A stretch of 60,404 nt of DNA, counting the filler, from Sphacelaria rigidula (lineage: Eukaryota): NCBI GenBank assembly GCA_964200075.2. It is 7 parts of 7 records of this genome, joined end to end, with 100 filler letters (N's around TTAATTAATTAA, not from the genome) between each part and the next. Parts side by side here need not be neighbours in the genome. Positions count along the whole stretch, not along the records: positions 43,219 to 51,761 come from CAXNAA020010838.1; positions 51,862 to 60,404 come from CAXNAA020010839.1; 5 more parts are not named here. One strand, 5' to 3'. Of this stretch, positions 50,292-60,404 are shown piece after piece. A model generated the notes under the pieces. It was not told the DNA's origin. It did not search any database and saw only the letters and a list, made by a program, of their open reading frames with translations. The translations under genes were made by a program, and so were the position numbers. Each line of letters starts with the position of its first letter. Within the stretch, counting starts at the first letter, position 1.

Positions 50292-50635
50292 CGTGCCCCA
50301 AGCGATCAAAATCCGCGAAAAGATCCAGCATTCGAACTCTCTCTCTCGCTGTCTTCCTCCTTACGTCTCGAAGCACAGCATCGCAGCTCCTCACGGGATT
50401 AGCTCCGATCCCTCCCCTTCCCATCAAGGCATCGGAGGTATGGGATGCGGCCGATCTTAGCTCTGCCGCGATTGAAGTTTCTTGGAGGTCCCCCGTCCGG
50501 TTCACGTGCTGCTGCTTCGATGGAATTGCTTGCTGTTTTTCCGACGAACGAGGCAGGGTTATGATCAGGGTCTCAGGGGGGTAGGTGGAGGGTCGGAATG
50601 GTTCGGTGGTCCAGGTCAACCCGTTGTTTGGGTTC
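50292..50635 (-). CDS. EF-hand-containing protein, exon (start is either the acceptor at 50638-50636 or the ATG at 50796)
   Basis: VLRDVRRKTARERVRMLDLFADFDRLGH, then G|GTGAGT donor; EF-hand entry helix and loop. Confidence 0.7.
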
Positions 50636-50814
50636 CTGCGTGTGCACTTGTGAGGTGTTTGGTGTGGCCGTGACGCGCTTCCTCTCAGTGCACCGTTTAA
50701 TAGCGGAGCAAGGCGATTGTCACGAAAGATCTTGGTGGATTGAGCACACGACGTACCCGAGTGGGGCGCTGCATCGCCGTGCTTTTCATTATTCATTCAG
50801 ACGTCACCCGCTGG

Positions 50815-51761
50815 TGTACAGCTCTATCTGAACCTTCGCTCTCTGAATCTCAGCCCAAAACCTCAACTAAAGAGCTTACAATATAGAGCCGAGGAGCCGT
50901 TCTGGCTAGACTGAACGCTGTCTACAGTACTGGTTCCTGGACCGTTCCTGTTGGTACTTTGTACTGAACCGCACTGGCTCCTACCAGGCTGGTTGACTAC
51001 ATGCCTGAGAATCTACGTATGAGGTCTACGCCCAATACATAATCTGCACACTCCCCCATGATCGTAGAGCGGCAACACCGAAAAGCTGATACGATCACAC
51101 CCAACGTGCCAGGACAGAATTGACACAATCGGAAACAGATTACATGCTGACCCGCTTTGTTACGATGTCCGCGCGCTGCTCGCTCGTTGGTACGTATTGC
51201 ACGGTGATTAGCTTCTTCTCGACGTACTGCCGTGATCATTTCAGCTTCATATTCCCGTATCTCGTGCCCCCGTTGAACCCGGTGACTGTAGCCACCTGGA
51301 TAGCGCCACGGCTGTCGCAAAACCACAGGGTCGTGTCCTGTGGAAGTCCCATCTCGTCCAGAATACCCCGAATGAATATGCAATGACGCATACACTGTAC
51401 CATGGCCGTCAACTCCGCTTCTGAAGAGGAAAGAGTTACGGGGGCCTGCAGTTTGAATCGCCATACTATCGGAGACTTGTTCATTAGCAGGAGGTAGCCC
51501 GTGACACTCCTGGGTGTTTCGGCATCGTTCACCGAGTTCGAGTCCGTATGGCTCACCAATGCCTTCTCGGCCTTCACGTTGCTCACACCATATCGTACGC
51601 AGATGCCAAGCGTACCAGCTAGGTAGCGAAAAACGTGTTGTAGTCCTCGCCAGTGTCGTAGACAGGGAGAGACGGTCCGGCGCCCTAGCCCTCGGACACT
51701 GTTGGAGAGGTCCGGTCGTGTCATCCCTGCGAGGAACATTCATTTTCCGACAATCCTTGCG
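50815..51761 (-). mobile_element. Ty1/copia LTR retrotransposon B, 3' part (RT C-terminus, RNase H, PPT, 3' LTR 50815-51050)
   Basis: TRPDLS, RYLAGT, RSVTGY, LSSSEAEL, FCDSRGAI and EQRADIVTK motifs; PPT GGGGGAG (51051-51057) directly before TGTGCAG...CTGTACA. Confidence 0.92.
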
Positions 51762-52244
51762 NNNNNNNNNNNNNNNNNNNNNNNNNNNNNNNNNNNNNNN
51801 NNNNNTTAATTAATTAANNNNNNNNNNNNNNNNNNNNNNNNNNNNNNNNNNNNNNNNNNNNGTCCTCCGTCCCGGCTTTGTAGGGATGCGAGGTCAATGG
51901 TCGTATGACTATGGCATGCATGATCATGAGTACACCCGGCCCAACGCCCCCCGCCCCCCGTCATTTCCCTCCCTTTTTTTCTCACATCTTCGGGGGGGAG
52001 GGGGGGGGGGGGTTATTGTCATTGTCATTGCTCTTCTTTTTTTCTTCTTTTTATCACTGTTGTAATCATTGTCAGTATCATTATCATCATCATTTTTTTC
52101 AATCTAACACTCTTTCACCCCCCTCCCCTCGATCCCCTAGTGACCCAAGAAAAAGGAGTATTGAATGACTTTTTCGTGTGCTGGGTCGTTCATTGAACGC
52201 ACGTATAAAGTGGTCGTATTCCACACACGAAAGTAAAGCCACAG

Positions 52245-52304
52245 CCCACGGAAATCATCACGTTCACTGAACGCCAGCAAATATTCGAAACAGATGAGAT
52301 GGTT
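52245..52304 (+). CDS. Candidate upstream exon of the uncharacterised protein
   Basis: CACAG acceptor, GTGAGT donor, 60 bp, phase 0-0, PTEIITFTERQQIFETDEMV. Confidence 0.4.
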
Positions 52305-53544
52305 GTGAGTTTGTCTGCGTTTTTGTTGCTTGATCTTTGGTAACGTGCACCTCTGTGACGAACCACGTCTGCATCCTTCGGGGATCGGTTAGCGTGCGAC
52401 AATCAACCGATCGATCAAGTAGATTGTTTTGATTTGTTTCCGTTTTGATGTTATACTGAAAGCGGGGACGCTGAGCGTTATTCTCGTTGAGTATCCAGCC
52501 ATAGACATCGATATATATATAATATATATATATATATTTGTCAGTGATATTAATAAGTCGCGGTTTGACAATCAATCAACAGTCGATCAAAATTTGACAA
52601 CATTTTGTGACTGGTCAATGTGGACGATGCACGTTGTCAATATTCATAAGTAATATTTCTCGAATTATTATATTTATAACATCATTAGGTAATTAGTATA
52701 CCCAACAAATAATATTACAGTAATAGGATTTCGAATTATTACTGACTACACACAAACAATACCGCAAAAAAGTCAACGCCAGGCTCGTGCAGTTTTGATG
52801 TTAAATAAAGTCACGAGAATCGTCCTATCAGCCTCGGGTTCCCATATGTTCACACTTGAATATATATATATATATATGAAAGCGTGTGTTCTGCATATAC
52901 TGTGACGCACGTGTGTCAATCTACATTACATCGCGTTGGATAATGACTATTCTAGCATGTATACATCATGCTTTTTTTCGCTACTTTGCTTCTTCGCTAC
53001 ATAGTAGCACTGTGATGTCTGATGGACGTTACTCCATAGCTTGTGTTCCAGCCGAAGCAATGCATCTGAGACTCCGAAGATTGATGCTGTTCGAAAATAT
53101 GCAGGGAAATATGTAGACAGTGTTTGGCATCGGAAGGATTACTATCGCTTAGCACACCTTGTCACTTGTGTCCGTTATTTTAGCTATGAAGCTCGTGTGC
53201 GTCATGGTACGTCATCAGTTATTTTGTCTGTCTGTCTGAAACTGAACTTACTCTTTCGTTGTTTGTCGCATTTTTTAATTTCCCGCTGGTTTTCATTGTT
53301 GTATTATTTCATTTTTTGGAGTACGTCTGTGATCATGTGCTCACATCATGTTTACACGTCACATCCTGGACCATATACAGCAGCATCGGCGAAAAGTGTT
53401 GGGCGTCCATTTTTGAACCTATTCATGAAACCTATTTTCTATTTTGCCACAGAGGGTAGATTCCATACTGTATGTAGCACATTCTTTGCCATTGAACAAG
53501 TCATCAACCGCTCTTACTCATCGATCTGTTCGTTTCATTACCGA

Positions 53545-53546
<2 letters not shown>

Positions 53547-53625
<79 letters not shown>

Positions 53626-53800
53626 GTTGGTTGGTTGGTTGGTTGGTTGGTTGGTTGATTGGTTGGTTGGTTGATTGGTTGATTGGTTGATTGGTTGATT
53701 ATCGCACTCAAACTGACCCTCCAGGGATCCAGCCGTGGTCACATGACAGTCGTACCTGAGAAAAAATAAAACTGAAACACTTGATGTTACTTCCATCCTT
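53547..53800 (-). repeat. Retroposon-like 3' end with a long (GATT)n/(GGTT)n microsatellite tail
   Basis: Microsatellite at 53547-53700 abuts sequence homologous to 16340-16400. Confidence 0.75.
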
Positions 53801-54396
53801 TACTGTGTCAATTTTTCTCAGTTAGCTTTCCTCTGTGGTTCTCTTCTCTTACCCTGGAAACTTGAAGGAGACCCCCCTCCCCCAGAACAAAACGAAAAAA
53901 CAAGGCGCCACGAAAGACTGCCACCTCAACATGGGCAACATGGGCAAGAACACACAAAACAGAACGACCTACGGTACCATGAAACAGCACACACACACAC
54001 ACGCGCGCGCGCACACACACACACTGGAGTATGTCACACAGCCTCAAAACAGTTTCTCTATTCATCAGAATCACTCCTTAACAAAAATAACATAGCCGCC
54101 CCTCGCCCCCCGATATACATCAAGATCAATACTTGAGCACACACGTTCACACACGTTCACGTTGATATATAGATAAATGAATAGATGAATAAATAGATAA
54201 ATAGATCGATGGATAGATAAATATATACATGTATATATACACACAAAAAACATCGACACACGAATACGAGCACAAACACAAACAAACGTGCGCGATCACT
54301 TTTTAAATTTATTTTGCATTCTTTTTGATATTTTAATCCCCCCACCCCGAAAAATGAAATTGCATAATTGCACACCGTAAACAAAATAAAAATCAG

Positions 54397-54528
54397 ATTG
54401 ACGTACGACCTGCCGTGGATGATGTGATAAGCGTGGTGGATCGCTTCATCAAGATGCCGCTCAAGCGATCGACGGGTGCCAGCGACTTCGTTCCCCTCCC
54501 ATTTTTCCCGTCTCCTTCACTGAAAAAG
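54397..54528 (+). CDS. Uncharacterised protein, exon
   Basis: ATCAG acceptor, AAG|GTGAGC donor, 132 bp, phase 0-0, a GC-rich open frame within an AT-rich intron. Confidence 0.7.
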
Positions 54529-54554
54529 GTGAGCCTGAGCCTGCTGGAAGAGGA

Positions 54555-54590
<36 letters not shown>

Positions 54591-55353
54591 GTGTGTATAA
54601 ACAGTATGTTTTTTGTTTTTTTGAGCGTGCGTTTCTGTTTTGTTCACCTTGAATAGATGCATCATGAGATCAAGGCTGGATCATGACTTGTAGGGGATCA
54701 GTTATTGTGGGACAACCAATCATCAATATTATCATTCAATATATATATGCCATGTTGCAGGGGCTGACTATTTCGGGTCCCTCGTTTATTTGTTCACTCA
54801 ATTTATTTATTCATAATTCTTTCTTTCTCACTTCCTTTCGTTATCTCGTCGTCATTTTCTTTTTTGGATCATTTGTTTTTTTCCGTCGCGACCGGTTGTT
54901 TGTGTTCCTATTCTGCCTCCTTTCCTTTCCTTTCCTTTCCCATCTCTTTTCCTGTTTCTGTAAGAACAGGGTAACCGTGTTACCCCCGAAGCATCCCTGT
55001 CCGTGTGTCTGACATTTGTTGTACAGGCCATGTTCCAATGCTACACCCTGTGTACGCTCACAATCTGCAACATACAGTGCACTTTTGATTTGATTTTTTA
55101 TTTGACTTGATTTCGGTCGTGGCTTGATTCTCAGGGACTTAAGACATGGTTTGGTCACCAGGTGGACGTGCTTTATTTACCTTCGGGGTGAACGAAAAAA
55201 GAGGGCGCTCGCGGAAGGAGAACTCTAGAGGAAGTAAAGCTTAATTAAAACGATGAACGAGAAAACCAACAGAGCACATGTATGCATGCATGTATGTACG
55301 TATGTATGTACTCCGTATGTATGTATGCATGAATTAATACATGAATAAAATGA

Positions 55354-55386
<33 letters not shown>

Positions 55387-55936
55387 GGGAAAAAAAAACG
55401 GGTGAAGTGATCAAGACACGGCCGTGCAATTAGTTTTGGCATGGGGGTTGGAGGGGGGTGGGACAGAAACCTATCGGTACGTTGCGCGTTCGTTTTCGTG
55501 TTCTCTTGTCGCTTCATATCCACAAGAATACCCGTTTTTCTGAAATTGGAAAATAATCTTTTTTAAGCGACGGCTTCGTCATGTGCATGTGTTTTATCAC
55601 GGTGGATATTCGGGGTTTAGCTAGGCTGGTCGATGCCTGTGCAGTAAGAGTATGTAGTACCGTACATGTGTGTATGTGTGTCTACATGATGTCGTTTGCT
55701 GCCGGAGGTCTCCGGATCGAGGCGCCGCGGCATGGCATGGAGTGGCGTGCAGTGATGTGGCGTGCTAGGAAAATTCGTTGGCCTTGTTTTCGACATGGTA
55801 CACATATATTCGATGCCTCTCTCATTCCGTTCGCTCTTGCAAGGTGCATTGACAATAGTTTATTTGAACATGAGTACAAGGGGTCATGAAGAGGATCCCC
55901 GTCCCCCCGGTCCCCCCCGTCCCCTCTCCTCCCTCC

Positions 55937-56172
55937 AGGTTCCTGTATGATGTATTTAAAAATCGTTTTGAGCGCCCATATGTTGGAGATACCTCTATTG
56001 GAAGCATGAACGGGGCTCCGTCTCGAAAGTGTGCGTGGTCAATGGTCAAATGACGAAGGCGAGCAACAAATAAGTGCCCCCCCGCCCCCCCCCTGCTTCG
56101 TCTCGAAAGGGATGCGTGGTCAATGGTCCAACGACTAAGGCAAGCAACAAATGAGTATGCCCCCCTCCCCCA
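55937..56172 (+). mobile_element. 5'-truncated copy of the segment-2 LINE family plus a second tandem 3' end
   Basis: 55937-56093 is homologous to 11913-12070, and 56098-56172 repeats the last ~65 bp. Both end in C-tracts. Confidence 0.85.
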
Positions 56173-56236
56173 CTCATGATATGTCGTCAATTTGCGTTCC
56201 GGAATTTGGAAGTCACAACGGCCGATTGCCCCTCAG

Positions 56237-56533
56237 CTACGAGCGGTGCGACCAGCTTCATCGGCACTAGTTCACGAGCAGCAACCAGACCAACGGATAC
56301 GACGGAAGCTCGGTCGCGGCAAAAAGAAGAAAAGGAAGAGCGAGGGCGAGAAGCAAGAAACTCTGCTTGAGGGAGGGGGAGGGGGAAGAGAAATGGACGT
56401 GGACCCCGAGGATGAAGCGGAGCTGCGGCGAGTGTTGGTCCGCATTCGGAAAGAATGCTCCGGGAAAATGTTGGCGCTGCGAGAGTTCAGCGCCGAGGAA
56501 GGACAACACGCGGAAGATTCCGCCAGAGCACAG
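56237..56533 (+). CDS. Uncharacterised protein, exon (contains a KKKKRK NLS-like run)
   Basis: CTCAG acceptor, CAG|GTCCGT donor, 297 bp, phase 0-0. Confidence 0.75.
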
Positions 56534-57067
56534 GTCCGTTCGTCCGTCCGTCCATCCTGGGATTAATTCAGACTGAGAAAAAAAGTGTAAACTTGCCTTA
56601 CAGACGGAGGATCATACTTCCCCTCCGGAGTCACCGTCCATAGGTCTACACGTTACAACACAACACTCCCAAGGAGTTGGTGACCTTCTATGGTTATGCT
56701 CGAACGAATGTATGCTCATTTCGTTTCCTTGAAACGCCCACGATATTATTGATGCGTTTTCGAAGAAATAAAAAATGGATTATTACTTTGCTTCGAATTA
56801 CGAGGGCGTTCGATTGAATGTTTGTGGTGTGCAGAAACACCGCCCTCATGGCTTATTTGTTTTTGAATACTTCACATTTGAAAGAAAACTTGTAGGAAGA
56901 AAAAGATGAAGAACGCCTTTGTCGAGACCACATTTAACAAACTTTTTACCTCGTAACAACAAATCTATCAAGTATTCATCTCACCAAACAAATCAACCAA
57001 TCAAATTTTATGCCACCAAGCGAACCAATCAGCGATCACGACCACCCAACCTCGGAAAACAACACAG

Positions 57068-57343
57068 GCACTTGCGCTATCGCTGGAGCACTGCACGGCC
57101 CGTGTGGCGTGCCCGACGCAGGCCACAGCCTACAGCGGCGCCTTAGGCCACCTTACTGTCCTGGAGAATGACCGAGCGGATACGTACTTCGCTGAACACG
57201 CGCTAGACCGGCGGATAGACGGCATGCGCGCGTGTCTGGGTGCGCTGACCGAACGGCAGATGGCTGTTGTCCAGAGGAAACAGGCCCAACGGTCGGGGGG
57301 GGAAGGGGAGGGCGGGGGCCGACGGGAGTATGGGGAGCAGTAG
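57068..57343 (+). CDS. Uncharacterised protein, terminal exon
   Basis: CACAG acceptor, 276-bp open frame ending in TAG; helical or coiled-coil-like C-terminus. Confidence 0.75.
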   Translation, partial: ALALSLEHCTARVACPTQATAYSGALGHLTVLENDRADTYFAEHALDRRIDGMRACLGALTERQMAVVQRKQAQRSGGEGEGGGRREYGEQ

Positions 57344-57779
57344 GCTGTTTTTAGGCTTTCACCATCTGAGTGCTGGAGGCGCCTACAATGCTGATGAACA
57401 ACATGGGCCCGTATTAGATTCGGGATGAGAGCGCATGTTTGGAGAGTATAGGCGGCACCCACACACACACAGAGGAAGAGCATTTGGAGGGGCAGGGAGG
57501 GGCGAGGCTTTTATGTAAGAGTGCCGCGTACTTGTCAAGGGGGAGTGGGAGGTGATTTGTCTATTTTGGCAGTAAGCGAGGTTCATATGTTGAATCGTGG
57601 CGTTGTTTTTTTGTTCGCGTTGGTGGTAATGACATGTGGTTCTAAAATTCCTCTTCAAGTGATGTTTTTTGGTTTCACCATTACTTTTGCTCTAGTTGCG
57701 GTCACATTAATATTTTATTATTATTATCATCATTACTATTATTTCATATTATTTATTATTTTATTATTATATGTTATTG

Positions 57780-58095
57780 TTTGTTTTTTTGCGCACTTTG
57801 AACCCTTCCCCTTCCTCGGGACAAATCCGTGGTCTCAAGATATCAACCCATCTCTCCCTGATATACGCCTCGTATTTTGGTGTCGCTGATTGGGTCATGA
57901 CTATCAGCACTCCCGCACCACGTCAACTTAGATCAAACAAACTCAGTCGACTAATTTGTTTACTCACGTTCTCACGCTTTCCACGGTGGGAAGAAGATAT
58001 TACGAGGTGAAACCCGACGAATCGGGAATTGAATCCTCTTTCTCTCCACCCGAATGGTGACAGTCGGACCATCACCCCACCGGATCGCGGCGAAC
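57780..58095 (-). mobile_element. SINE family B copy
   Basis: Collinear homology with 49375-49715. Confidence 0.85.
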
Positions 58096-58151
58096 GCATA
58101 AATAACTGATTCTACAAAGTGAGGCCACTGCTCATCATATTTGGGGAGTGG

Positions 58152-58155
<4 letters not shown>

Positions 58156-58192
<37 letters not shown>
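58156..58192. repeat. (TG)n microsatellite
   Basis: Directly visible. Confidence 0.9.
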
Positions 58193-58194
<2 letters not shown>

Positions 58195-58687
58195 AATGTG
58201 CTGTTGGTGGATTTTTCAGTTTTGGGAAAACTTGACACCATCGTTTTGATCCCCGAACCGGAAATATCGCCGTCATACGTCTCTTGAGCACAATTCGTCA
58301 CCGTACTGCTGAGAGGATCCCACCCAACGTTTTTACTGATTCGCTAGGCTTCAAGTTTCCAAGAATGGGCGCCGAATAAGACTCATAACAAAATGGGGAA
58401 AATGTCGCGTTGTTAAAATAGTGATCTTTCCAGAACGACTGGATTATCGACTACTCTGACCGGCAGTCCTTTCAATACTAGAACCACATTCCACATCTCA
58501 CTTTGTACCAGACACTGGAATGTCTGAAATCTTCCGCTTGGACAAAGATAAGATTTCCGTCTTCGCCTCAATATTTCATTTCAATTCCACTAAATGAGTG
58601 TGGTTTCTGCTCCGGGTGAAAAAACGACTCAATGGTTTCCTGCGACTGTATTGTTAGCTATATTCCCCCCTCTCGAACCCCTATTAA

Positions 58688-59226
58688 CCGTGGATTTTCG
58701 AAAATGGGGTTGAAAAAAAAAATGAGGTGGAACTCAAAAGCCGTGCTTTCCCCGACCTAAATTAATGACAAATGACTTTGATATGGACGACCTCATCCCT
58801 CCCGACCTCCCCAAAACTATTGCAAGGGATCTCCAGCCTCCCGTTCCCCTGAAAGGTATGTGCGGAAGCACGATTTTTGGGCCAAAAAGCGTCCTTTTAT
58901 CATCCCGAAATCGAGGCAAAAGTGTTCTATATGTGCTATTTCGGGGGATTTCTAGCCTTCCGTTCACCCGAAGGGTATGTGCGAAAGCACGCTTTTTGGG
59001 CCAAAACGCGTCTTTCTTTCACCCCGAAATCGAGGCAAAAGTGTGCTTTCGCACATACCCTTTTTGGGGAACGGAAGGCTGGAGATCCCTTGCAATAGTT
59101 TTGGGGAGGTCGGGAGGGATGAGGTCGTCCATATGAAAACCATTTGTCATGAATTTAGGTCAGGGGAGAAACGACTTTTGAGTTGCACCTCATTTAGTTT
59201 CCAACCCTATTTTCGAGAATCCACTG
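58688..59226. mobile_element. MITE with about 180-bp terminal inverted repeats
   Basis: 58688-58870 is the reverse complement of about 59043-59226 (termini C(A/C)GTGGATT). An internal ~60-bp direct repeat lies at about 58866 and 58984. Confidence 0.9.
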
Positions 59227-59760
59227 TTTTTTCATTTAGGTTTTTTTGTTAGGAGAACTTTGTCAAACAGAAACCAAAAGCATCTTGCCTCAAGGGGCAC
59301 CTCGACACACAGCAGTTGCTGCTGCCTACCTAGTATCATCCACCAGATCAAAGTCCTGAGTGAGAACGCCCAGCGTGCAGCTGCTTGACGCGACGACTGC
59401 GTTCTTCCACGGACCCTTCCCCACGTACCCGACAAGGGGGCAACATCCCCGTACAGACAGCAGCAATGCTTGCGGATCCTACGTCCTGACAGCCTGGCAG
59501 CCGGCAAGGTGATTATGGTCGTGTCCTTCTAGCGATATCAACTTACAGTGCACTGGAGTAGAGTGTGCAGGCGAATATTTCGACGATTGCCTCACCTGCA
59601 GTTCGCCCAGATGTTGCGAATTTTTTGACGATCTCACTGAGTAACATTATATACATGTGGAAATGTACCAGACCCTGCGTTATATGCGAATATGTACCAG
59701 ACCCTGGACAAATATTTCTACATTCAGTACGAACACGATGTTAAAAGTGTACTTCGCACA

Positions 59761-59985
59761 GTGTGTTGTGGGTTGTCCCATCTATTCTTGACACCGGTCT
59801 CCACCTTTCGGTATATGTGGGCGCACCAGCCGGGGTCACACAGGAGGAAGGCCAACAAAGGAGTTTTTTTCTGTTTTGTTCGGTTCAGTTCTCCACCTTT
59901 CTTCTGCGGTGCTTGCCTGTCTTTTTTATAGAGAGAGGGATTCAGCAGTCCCTTCCCCTCGTCGACCGTTGGGTCGAGTTTGTTT
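59761..59985 (-). mobile_element. SINE family A, 5'-truncated copy
   Basis: Homologous to the 3' two-thirds of 18763-19100. Confidence 0.8.
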
Positions 59986-60404
59986 TGCACAATATAGATG
60001 ATATTGGTGACTGTAATTTGTGTAATACAATACTCGTACTTCAAGTCGATAACTGCAACGCTACACTTCGGGACAACAGTGTGTAAAAATCTCCACGATG
60101 TGGAATGCTACAGGCGGCTTTCGCGCCATGGCGGCTGTGTCACCATCCAGCTTCGCCCAAGATACAGGCAGCAATTACAGCGGGGGAGGCGGTCTTTCAC
60201 TCATAGCAAGGTTTTCGTGAGATTGAGAGTTGGGTGCGGATTGCGAGTGGCTTTGATCCTTCGCTTTAACTTGGCCATTTTTTCATTTTGTGCGTGCTTT
60301 TCGTCGTCTCATCTCTGTCATGTGCTTACAGCTACACGTTGATATCCTACTCAGGGGTATCGAGGGCCTCAATGGCAAGCTACTACAGAGCGAAAATTGG
60401 GCCT

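Noticed and set aside
43219..51761. One copia element split by the host gene
   Set aside because: The LTRs are unrelated (450 versus 236 bp) and the domain order is incompatible; these are two elements.
59330..59490. Possible minus-strand exon
   Set aside because: Several frames are open, and there is no recognisable product or partner exon.

Overview
Eukaryotic, intron-rich and transposon-rich DNA. The long GT-AG introns, roughly 50% GC and repeat style suggest a brown alga or other stramenopile, but that is inference only. The window is not one locus: it is seven segments of 8543-8544 bp joined by identical 100-bp linkers (44 N + TTAATTAATTAA + 44 N), so adjacency across linkers means nothing. 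Host gene fragments: five phase-consistent exons of an S1-repeat RRP5-like gene (-), two exons of a signal-peptide Cys-type glutathione peroxidase (+), two exons of an EF-hand protein (-) and the 3' exons of an uncharacterised protein (+). Mobile DNA: a decayed APE/RT LINE, two Ty3/gypsy-like LTR elements plus a pol relic, two Ty1/copia elements, a MULE/FAR1-like transposase relic, two multi-copy tRNA-derived SINE families, and several MITE or fold-back elements. I found no prokaryotic operon, CRISPR array, rRNA or intact tRNA. The most unusual observations are a LINE family whose 3' ends run into poly(C) instead of poly(A), a gypsy element with an ancestral gag of about 1400 codons carrying 21-aa repeats, a GAC...GTC MITE with variable 4-bp target duplications, and a perfect inverted pair of tRNA-like Pol III units. 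I cannot demonstrate a new biological system from sequence alone.
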